Below are positions 1 to 6,622 of a DNA stretch of 13,439 nt, one piece after another. The notes below the pieces were generated by a model that was not told where the DNA came from, did no database searches, and was given only the letters and a program-made list of their open reading frames with translations. The translations under genes and the position numbers were made by a program. The DNA is from Pseudomonadota bacterium (GTDB taxonomy: Bacteria; Bdellovibrionota; FAC87; UBA2466). The stretch is taken from positions 1 through 13,439 of the forward strand of contig JAYUGC010000082.1 of assembly GCA_043767805.1 (NCBI GenBank), written 5' to 3'. Within the stretch, counting starts at the first letter, position 1; every line of letters starts with the position of its first letter.

Positions 1-3
1 CAG

Positions 4-176
4 TCGATCCGGGCCGGTCACTGGTTGCTGGATGCTGGACCGAGGTAGGCTATCTTGATCTTTTCCTCCCGCACTTCTCGCTGACGCGGGACCTGATTAA
101 CGAGAAGCTCGAGAGGACGAGATCTAATGGATTACCTTGTACCAGCATCCAGCAACCAGTGACTGGGTCGGATCGA
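4..176. repeat. Long imperfect inverted repeat (rod-like hairpin, ~80-bp stem, 12-nt loop) with 7-bp periodic arms
   Basis: 17-38 (GTCACTGGTTGCTGGATGCTGG) is the exact reverse complement of 142-163. Pairing runs from 4/176 to 84/97 with one bulge (C54). Manual count on the + strand: 63 Watson-Crick pairs, 7 G-U pairs, 10 mismatches. Function unknown. Confidence 0.9.
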
Positions 177-281
177 ACGCGCGAGAGCGCGGGTCCCGTC
201 CGATCCCCCGCTTCTCGTCGGTATTTAGGAATGACGAGGTATAGCTAACGCGTCGGGGTTGGACACGTAATGTATGGCAGG

Positions 282-290
282 TGCTATATT
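282..290 (+). promoter_or_regulatory. Putative extended -10 promoter of nrdJ
   Basis: TGC-TATATT matches TGn-TATAAT (5/6 in the hexamer) ~70 bp upstream of the ATG at 362. SD-like GGAG at 353-356. No well-spaced -35. Confidence 0.4.
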
Positions 291-361
291 CGTAGCTACC
301 ATACATCTCACGTTCGCAGTCCGCTGTTAGACGAGCCCAACCCCAAATCACTGGAGACCCC

Positions 362-3300
362 ATGGAAATACCTCGCATTTTCACGCGCCCTTCAGAGTCG
401 CCCTACGCCAATCAGACCTTCGAAAAGCGAAAATCGGAAATCCGCGAGCCCGACGCTCGCGTGGTTTTTCTGCAGGAGAATGTCACGGTGCCCACGGACT
501 GGTCGCAGGTGGCCACCGATATTCTCGCGCAGAAATACTTTCGCCGACGTGGCGTGCCATTGCCGGATCAGCCGGGCAAGACGGGCGGCGAGACCGACGC
601 CCGCCAGGTTTTTCACCGTTTGGCGGGTTGCTGGACTCACTGGGGGAAGACTTTCGGCCACTTCACGACTGAAGCCGACTCAAAAGCGTTTTACGACGAG
701 ATTTGCTACATGCTGTCCCATCAGATCGCGGCCCCTAATAGCCCGCAATGGTTCAACACCGGGCTTCACTGGGCGTACGGCATCGATGGGCCCGCGCAAG
801 GGCACTTCTATGTGGATCCGCGCACCGGCAAATTGACGGCCTCTCAATCCGCTTACGAGCATCCACAACCTAGCGCGTGCTTCATTCAAAGCGTCACCGA
901 CGATCTCGTAAACGATAACGGCGTGATGGATCTCTGGGTGAGGGAAGCGCGCCTCTTTAAGTACGGCTCTGGCTCGGGGACGAACTTCAGCCACCTGCGC
1001 GCCGAAGGCGAGCCTTTGTCCGGCGGCGGAAAATCCAGCGGCCTCATGTCCTTCTTGAAAGTCGGCGACCGCGCCGCGGGGGTCATCAAGAGCGGAGGCA
1101 CCACCAGGCGTGCGGCCAAGATGGTTTGCCTCGATCTCGATCACCCCGAGATTGAAGACTTCATCGGCTGGAAGGTCGTCGAGGAACAAAAGGTCTCGGC
1201 GATGGTCGCGGGATCCAAAAGTCATTTGAAAGCCATCAAGTCAGTGGCTAACGCGTGTTTTCTGGCGGACGGCGCGATCGAGATCGATCCCAAGGCGAAC
1301 CCTGAACTGAAAAAGGCGTTGTCGGCGGCTCGCAAAAGCAACGTGCCGGACGCGTATCTTACGAAAGTGCTCCAGCTCGTGAAGATGGGCCGCAAGGAAA
1401 TCGATTTTCCGTCGTTTAACGTCGACTGGGAAGGCGACGCGTATCTTACCGTGAGCGGCCAAAATGCGAACAACTCCGTCCGCGTACCGAACGAGTTCTT
1501 CGAAGCGCTTTCCGAAAAAGAGAACTGGGCGCTGAAATGGCGCACGAATGGAGAAGTGTGTAAGGAAATCCCGGCGTCCGATCTCTGGGACTCGATTGCC
1601 TACTCCGCGTGGGCTTCGGCGGATCCGGGTCTGCAATACGACTCGACCATCAAGGAGTGGCACACTTGCCCGAAGGATGGACGAATCAATGCGTCAAACC
1701 CATGCTCGGAATATATGTTCCTAGACGATACGGCTTGTAACCTCGCCAGCATCAACCTGCTCAAGTTTTTCGACGATAAAACCGGAAAATTCGATGCGGC
1801 TGGGTTCAGTCACGCTTGCCGGTTGTGGACGGTGGTCTTGGAAATTAGCGTTCTCATGGCGCAGTTTCCGAGTAAAAGCATCGCCCAAGGTAGTTACGAT
1901 TACCGCACCATCGGTCTTGGTTATGCCAATTTGGGCGCGCTCCTCATGTCCATGGGCATCCCTTACGGGAGCCCCAAGGGACAGGCGATTTGCGCGGCCT
2001 TGACGGCCCTCATGACGGGGGAAGCGTACTCGACGTCCGCTGTAATGGCGGGAGAGTTGGGTGCCTTCCCCCGCTTCCCTCAAAATCGCGAGTCCATGCT
2101 GGCTGTCATGCGCAACCACCGCCGGGCGGCCTATCGCCGTCCCGCCGAAGAGTACGAAGGGTTGACCATCACGCCTCAGGGCATCGACGACGCGCTCTGC
2201 ACGCCGGAGCTGGTTCAGGCGGCGAGAGCGGCTTGGGATAAAGCCGTCGTTCTCGGCGAAAAGCACGGGTACCGAAACGCGCAAGCGACGGTCATCGCGC
2301 CGACGGGAACCATCGGTCTCGTCATGGATTGCGATACGACCGGCATCGAGCCCGATTTCTCACTCGTGAAATTCAAGAAACTCTCGGGCGGTGGCTACTT
2401 CCGCATCATTAACCAGTCCGTGCCGCGGGCTCTGCGTAATCTCGGCTATCCGGAGCCGCAGGTGAAGCAGATGATTGGCTACTGCGTGGGCTACGCCACC
2501 TTACAAGGGGCGCCTCACATCAACGTGGCCTCGCTCAAAGCCAAGGGCTTCACGCCCGAAGCACTCGCGAAAGTGGAGAAGGAGATTCCCGCCTCCTTCG
2601 ATATCCGCTTCGTTTTCAGCCCTTGGACTCTGGGATTTGAGTTCTGTAAGACGCTCGGCCTGAAGGAAGCCGATCTCAAAGATCCGAGCGTGAGCGTTCT
2701 GAAGCTTTTGGGCTTCACGGACGAGCAGGTGGAGGAGGCCAATCGCTACGTTTCCGGAACGATGACCCTCGAAGGGGCGCCGCACTTGAAGGAGTCGCAC
2801 TACGCTATCTTCGACTGCGCGAATCGCTGCGGAAAGCTCGGCACTCGCTTCCTTCACTACCAAACGCACATCGACATGATGGCGGCCGCGCAGCCCTTCA
2901 TCAGCGGCGCCATCTCAAAAACCATCAACATGCCGTTCGATGCGACGATTGCGGAAATTCAGGAGGCGTATCACACTTCGTGGAGAAAGATGCTCAAGGC
3001 CGTGTCGATTTACCGGGACGGCTCGAAACTCAGTCAGCCTTTGTCGGCCACCGCCTTCGCGGGAGCCTTCGACGACCTGACCGAAGCCGAGGAGGAGGCG
3101 GCGCCGCTGCAAAGCGCGCCTCTCACCGCGGAACAAACTCTGCAAAAGTATGAGCAAGGCGAGAAGAAACGCCGAGAGCTTCCGAAACGCCGCTACGGCT
3201 ATACCGTGAAGGCGAGTGTGGGAGGCCAGAGAGTGTACCTCCGTACGGGCGAGTACGATGACGGTGGCCTCGGCGAGATCTTCGTGGACATGTACAAGGA

Positions 3301-3835
3301 AGGCGCCGCTTACCGCGCTCTTATGAACGCGTTCTCCATCGCCGTGTCCCTGGGGCTTCAGTACGGCGTCCCGCTCGAGGAATTCGTCTCCAAGTTCCAC
3401 CTATTCCGCTTCGAGCCGAATGGGCATGTCGCCGATCACGATCACATCAAGTTCTGTTCCTCCATCGTGGACTTCATCTTCCGCGACTTGGCCATGAACT
3501 ACCTGGGCCGGCACGATCTCGTGCACGTGCCGCCGACCGAAGAGTTCAAGCCGGTGACGAGCTACACTTCGCTTCGCGCGAGCGCGACGCCTGCCGGGGG
3601 CGGGGGTGGCCTCGAGAGGCACGGCACGCAGAGCGCCTCGCTTTCGGCGCCGTCCTACACGGACGTTGCGCTGACTCGGGAAGAGTGGAAGAGCGATAGC
3701 GCACTCGCGGCGCGGCTCGCCCGCGAGCAAGGCTACGAAGGCGACCCTTGCGGCTCGTGCGGTGAGTTCAAGCTCGTCCGCGGAGGCACCTGCTTAAGGT
3801 GTGTGGCTTGTGGTTCCACTTCGGGCTGTTCCTGA
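362..3835 (+). CDS. nrdJ: Class II adenosylcobalamin-dependent ribonucleotide reductase (long form with C-terminal TSCPD-like and Zn-ribbon domains)
   Basis: 1157 aa. Motifs: WSQVATDILAQKYF, PNSPQWFNTG, SACFI (redox Cys), SGGTTRRAAKM (specificity loop), NPCSE (thiyl-radical Cys), ACNLASINL, IAPTGTI, GAISKTINMP, IYRDGSK. TGEY..G.LGEIF...FEPNG TSCPD-like domain; terminal CxxC...CxxC...GCS. No ATP cone or intein evident. Confidence 0.97.
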   Translation: MEIPRIFTRPSESPYANQTFEKRKSEIREPDARVVFLQENVTVPTDWSQVATDILAQKYFRRRGVPLPDQPGKTGGETDARQVFHRLAGCWTHWGKTFGHFTTEADSKAFYDEICYMLSHQIAAPNSPQWFNTGLHWAYGIDGPAQGHFYVDPRTGKLTASQSAYEHPQPSACFIQSVTDDLVNDNGVMDLWVREARLFKYGSGSGTNFSHLRAEGEPLSGGGKSSGLMSFLKVGDRAAGVIKSGGTTRRAAKMVCLDLDHPEIEDFIGWKVVEEQKVSAMVAGSKSHLKAIKSVANACFLADGAIEIDPKANPELKKALSAARKSNVPDAYLTKVLQLVKMGRKEIDFPSFNVDWEGDAYLTVSGQNANNSVRVPNEFFEALSEKENWALKWRTNGEVCKEIPASDLWDSIAYSAWASADPGLQYDSTIKEWHTCPKDGRINASNPCSEYMFLDDTACNLASINLLKFFDDKTGKFDAAGFSHACRLWTVVLEISVLMAQFPSKSIAQGSYDYRTIGLGYANLGALLMSMGIPYGSPKGQAICAALTALMTGEAYSTSAVMAGELGAFPRFPQNRESMLAVMRNHRRAAYRRPAEEYEGLTITPQGIDDALCTPELVQAARAAWDKAVVLGEKHGYRNAQATVIAPTGTIGLVMDCDTTGIEPDFSLVKFKKLSGGGYFRIINQSVPRALRNLGYPEPQVKQMIGYCVGYATLQGAPHINVASLKAKGFTPEALAKVEKEIPASFDIRFVFSPWTLGFEFCKTLGLKEADLKDPSVSVLKLLGFTDEQVEEANRYVSGTMTLEGAPHLKESHYAIFDCANRCGKLGTRFLHYQTHIDMMAAAQPFISGAISKTINMPFDATIAEIQEAYHTSWRKMLKAVSIYRDGSKLSQPLSATAFAGAFDDLTEAEEEAAPLQSAPLTAEQTLQKYEQGEKKRRELPKRRYGYTVKASVGGQRVYLRTGEYDDGGLGEIFVDMYKEGAAYRALMNAFSIAVSLGLQYGVPLEEFVSKFHLFRFEPNGHVADHDHIKFCSSIVDFIFRDLAMNYLGRHDLVHVPPTEEFKPVTSYTSLRASATPAGGGGGLERHGTQSASLSAPSYTDVALTREEWKSDSALAARLAREQGYEGDPCGSCGEFKLVRGGTCLRCVACGSTSGCS

Positions 3836-4960
3836 GGTGTCCTCGAGGAAGTCGAACATGTCTCTCATCGCCGGATCTCTCAAGTGATCCGAGGACCGCA
3901 GAAGATTGTGGCCGGCGTCAGGATAAGTGATTAGCTTCGCCTGCGGAATCCGGGTCACGGCCTGATCGATGGCCGTATTGTTGACGCGGCCGTCTTTGCC
4001 GGCTTTCAAAATGAGTACCGGCATTTGCAGTTCCTTGAGATGCCCCCAGCTTTGGAACGTGGCCGAGGTGGATTCTGATACCCAGCGCACGCTCGCGCCC
4101 CAGGTGAGCGGCTCCGGATTTTCTTGCCAGTCACGCATCTCGAACGAGACGCGCGCGCGGCCGTCCTTGTTCTTTGTGATTTCCGCCATCGTGGGCGGCG
4201 GGCCCTCCGAAGGAGCGTAGGTTTGTCCACGTCCCATCCATCTCAGGAGGTTTGCCGCGCCAAGGGCCCCTAGGCTAGGCAGACCGAAAGGAAATCTGAT
4301 TCCCAGCATAGGAGTCGAAAGCACCAGCTTCTCGACTTCCTTCGGACGGCGGAGCGCAAACTGAGTCGCGATCTGGCCGCCCATGGAGATCCCCATTAAC
4401 TGAAACGAGAAGTGACCGTTCGGTTTCAGGACCTTGTCCGAAAAAGTCTCCATATCGTCCACGTAGTCCGAGAAATGTTCGACATGCACCATGCCCGGGT
4501 CTTTCGTTATGCGGCCCGAGCGTCCGTGGCCGCGCTGGTCCATCATGTAAACGTTGAACCCGCGATCGGAAAAATTCTTAATGAGCTCCATGTGATAGCT
4601 CGTGGAGTCCGCGGCGCCGTGGAGGATCACGACGGTGCCCTTCGCGTTGGGTACTTCCCAATAACGATAATGAAGCGGGACGTTGTCCTTGCCGAGGATC
4701 TCGCCTTGAACCGCGGACTCGAAGTGAGGGAGAATCATCGCTCGGCCCTCAGTCGCGAGAGTCGCTTCCGAAGTGGAAACGGGCCGCCGCTCTCCTGGTG
4801 AGAAAGGACGAGTGATCGTGTGATCGAGAGCGGGGCGCGCGCCGAATAGGCGGCTAAGCATTCCAAGGCTTTGGTAGCCATTGCAGATGCCCGCTTGGGC
4901 AGAGCTCTGCCAGAGCGTTGTTTGAAGCACCAAAATTAAGAAGAATAATCCCCTGCGCAT
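3794..4960 (-). CDS. Secreted alpha/beta-fold hydrolase, lysophospholipase L2 / Hydrolase_4-like
   Basis: VILHG oxyanion motif, DQRGHGRS, nucleophile elbow GISMGG, catalytic Asp (AGKDGRV) and His (AGHNLL). Start placed at ATG 4960 (MRRGLFFLILVL...SAQA, Sec-type signal peptide; 388 aa) rather than 5014, because a sigma54-type promoter lies at 4986-5002. Confidence 0.9.
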   Translation of the reverse strand: MRRGLFFLILVLQTTLWQSSAQAGICNGYQSLGMLSRLFGARPALDHTITRPFSPGERRPVSTSEATLATEGRAMILPHFESAVQGEILGKDNVPLHYRYWEVPNAKGTVVILHGAADSTSYHMELIKNFSDRGFNVYMMDQRGHGRSGRITKDPGMVHVEHFSDYVDDMETFSDKVLKPNGHFSFQLMGISMGGQIATQFALRRPKEVEKLVLSTPMLGIRFPFGLPSLGALGAANLLRWMGRGQTYAPSEGPPPTMAEITKNKDGRARVSFEMRDWQENPEPLTWGASVRWVSESTSATFQSWGHLKELQMPVLILKAGKDGRVNNTAIDQAVTRIPQAKLITYPDAGHNLLRSSDHLRDPAMRDMFDFLEDTSGTARSGTTSHTP

Positions 4961-4985
4961 CCCCGAAATCCCCTGCCAGGTAGGC

Positions 4986-5002
4986 TGCAAACCGCCTGCC
5001 AG
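4986..5002 (-). promoter_or_regulatory. Sigma54 (-24/-12) promoter of the hydrolase gene
   Basis: The minus strand reads CTGGCAGGCGGTTTGCA versus consensus YTGGCACGNNNNTTGCW (one mismatch, exact GG-N10-GC spacing), 25 bp upstream of the ATG at 4960. Confidence 0.7.
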
Positions 5003-5111
5003 GAGGCTAGTCACGAGTTCGGGACGTATACCTTTCGAGGGGTGAATGAGAGGGCAAGGAACGTCTAGGACTTTGTCGGTTCTCGAGGCGCGTGTTCCGC
5101 GAGAATGCGGC

Positions 5112-5846
5112 CTAGTGCTTCGCGGACTCTTCCTTCTTCATCAAGAAGAGGTAGTTGAACCCACGCAGGAAGAAATTTCCTTCTTCGGCGGCTTTGTGCC
5201 AGTTGCCGCGCTTTAATTTGCGGTTATTTCTAACGACGCAAATGATGTCGACCGGCTTGAAGCGTTTTCGCATGAGCGAAAAGAGCTCGAAGCCGATGGG
5301 AGAAAAAGGATGCTTCTTTTTGAAGGAGTCACTCACGTAGAGCGCCAGGTAGCGGCGGTCTTTCAGCACGCGGTGGATCTCGCCGATGACTTTGTCCATC
5401 GCCTCGAAATACGCCGACTCGTGAGAGTCGAGCTTTCCGATGCAATCCGGATTATCCGAGTAATCGATATGAGTGGAGTAGGGCGGATCGACGAAAACGA
5501 AATCGACGGAGTTGTTCGCGAGCGGAAGGCTTCTCGCGTCCGACTGCTCGATGTCGGGCCGGCTCGGCGCGAGGTCGAAACCCCGGCCTTGGCGAGACAA
5601 ATCACGGGCGACGTCGATGGTGGTGCCGCTCCCGCACATGGGATCGACGATCAAATCGTTCTCGCGCGTATAGCGTTTTAGGCAATTCCAGATGACCCAC
5701 GAAGGGGTCGCGCCTTCATAGTGCTTTGAGCCCTGTTCGCCCACGCCGTAATGCTGAGAAGGGTATTCCCAGAGGGTCGTGGTCTGAACCTGCAGCTCGG
5801 GCCGCTTCCAGAGCTTGAAGGGCTTTTTGTCCTGATGGATGTCCAT
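5112..5846 (-). CDS. Small SAM-dependent amino-methyltransferase (N4-cytosine/N6-adenine DNA methylase-like or TRM11-like), orphan
   Basis: 244 aa. SAM-binding motif I VDPMCGSGTT, motif II GFDL, motif III SDARSL, catalytic motif IV FVDPPY, then EIHRVLK. No adjacent endonuclease gene. Confidence 0.88.
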   Translation of the reverse strand: MDIHQDKKPFKLWKRPELQVQTTTLWEYPSQHYGVGEQGSKHYEGATPSWVIWNCLKRYTRENDLIVDPMCGSGTTIDVARDLSRQGRGFDLAPSRPDIEQSDARSLPLANNSVDFVFVDPPYSTHIDYSDNPDCIGKLDSHESAYFEAMDKVIGEIHRVLKDRRYLALYVSDSFKKKHPFSPIGFELFSLMRKRFKPVDIICVVRNNRKLKRGNWHKAAEEGNFFLRGFNYLFLMKKEESAKH

Positions 5847-5903
5847 GGGGCGCCTTAAATACCATAAAGAGGGGGACGGGTGCCATCCCCAGGCGCAATA
5901 GGG

Positions 5904-5932
5904 TTGCGCCCCGGGGGGAAGTTATTTACCTT
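5904..5932 (+). promoter_or_regulatory. Putative sigma70 promoter of the thioesterase gene
   Basis: TTGCGC (5904-5909), 17-bp spacer, TACCTT (5927-5932). The ATG at 5939 follows after 6 nt. Confidence 0.35.
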
Positions 5933-5938
5933 TCTTCC

Positions 5939-6358
5939 ATGCCCCTCATGGCCGACTCTCACCTCTACGAAATCTTCATCAAGGAACAGCACCTGGACTC
6001 CTTCGGGCACGTGAATAACGCCATTTACCTCACGCTCTTCGAAGAGGCTCGTTGGGAGCTCATCACCAACAACGGCTATGGGCTGAAAGAGGTCCTGGCC
6101 ACGAACATCGGGCCCATCATCCTGCAGGCGAACGTGAAGTTTAAGAAGGAGCTGCGCCTCCGGGAAAAGGTCACCATCACCACTCGGGTGACGGAGTACC
6201 GCCGCAAGATTGGCTACGTCCATCAGGAGATGATTAACGAGGACGGAGAGCTCGCCACGGTCGCTCAGTTCACCATTGGGCTCTTCAACCTCACTACCCG
6301 CGAGCTCGTGCCTCCCAGCGAGCGGTGGCTCCGCGCTTTCGGTGTGTCTAAACTTTAA
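5939..6358 (+). CDS. Acyl-CoA thioesterase (4HBT/YbgC/FadM hot-dog fold family)
   Basis: 139 aa with LDSFGHVNNAIYLTLFEEAR (D-x-x-G-H-V-N-N-x-x-Y...E-x-AR signature) and VKFKKEL..E.V strand. Alternative start ATG at 5948. Confidence 0.92.
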   Translation: MPLMADSHLYEIFIKEQHLDSFGHVNNAIYLTLFEEARWELITNNGYGLKEVLATNIGPIILQANVKFKKELRLREKVTITTRVTEYRRKIGYVHQEMINEDGELATVAQFTIGLFNLTTRELVPPSERWLRAFGVSKL

Positions 6359-6460
6359 ACACCCCGTCCAATAGTTAGACACCTCGGTAAGGCGCTGAAA
6401 TGTAGCGGGCTTTCTTCGCCCGGCGAGATTCGTCGCGGCGAGGTGTCGAAGTTTTCGACA
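6345..6460. promoter_or_regulatory. Three 17-bp palindromic boxes (TGTCnAA-N3-TTnGACA), candidate upstream activator sequences
   Basis: TGTCTAAACTTTAAACA (6345-6361), CGTCCAATAGTTAGACA (6365-6381) and TGTCGAAGTTTTCGACA (6444-6460), lying ~80-190 bp upstream of a sigma54 -24 box. Confidence 0.6.
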
Positions 6461-6536
6461 ACGGCGCCGAGTTGCGGCTTTCGCCGGAAACTCATTTAAT
6501 AAGGCGATTACGAATACTTAAGGTCGATCAGCGAGG

Positions 6537-6553
6537 GTGGCATACTGACTGCA
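6537..6553 (+). promoter_or_regulatory. Sigma54 (-24/-12) promoter of the outer-membrane protein gene
   Basis: GTGGCATACTGACTGCA: TGGCA...TGCA with exact GG-N10-GC spacing, 69 bp upstream of ATG 6623, preceded by an AT-rich tract at 6488-6521. Confidence 0.65.
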
Positions 6554-6622
6554 TACGGGAACTCCGCAGATTTAGTCGAATAGAAAGCCCTCTGGAGAGA
6601 GGAAAAGAATCAGGAGTCAGCG

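Noticed and set aside
4..176. Integron attC site, CRISPR repeat or retron msd as an explanation for the hairpin
   Set aside because: No RYYYAAC/GTTRRRY ends, no repeat-spacer periodicity, and no integrase, Cas or reverse transcriptase gene in the window.
3..248. Open frame from the window edge (VDPGRSLVAGCW...MTRYS*) and antisense ORF 124..384 sharing the peptide SLVAGCW
   Set aside because: The shared peptide is a consequence of the inverted repeat. Arm differences are not concentrated at third codon positions and no domain is recognisable. The 3' end of an upstream gene cannot be fully excluded without flanking sequence.
263..313. Tandem NrdR boxes
   Set aside because: The best 16-mers (263-278 and 298-313) match only about 10/16 of acaCwAtATaTwGtgt, miss the conserved G, and are 35 bp apart rather than 31-32.
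220..361. Cobalamin riboswitch upstream of nrdJ
   Set aside because: Only fragments are present (TAGGAA, CCGCTGT, CACTGG). The GGTG-AAnTCC T-loop hairpin, GGGAAG and the B12 box are missing.
362..3835. Intein or intron in nrdJ
   Set aside because: Continuous ORF with contiguous catalytic motifs; no Hint or LAGLIDADG signature.
4961..5014. Longer start of the hydrolase at 5014
   Set aside because: It would bury the signal peptide and overlaps the predicted sigma54 promoter.
5074..5090. Fourth copy of the TGTC...GACA box upstream of the hydrolase promoter (TGTCGGTTCTCGAGGCG)
   Set aside because: Only one half-site matches; too degenerate to support.
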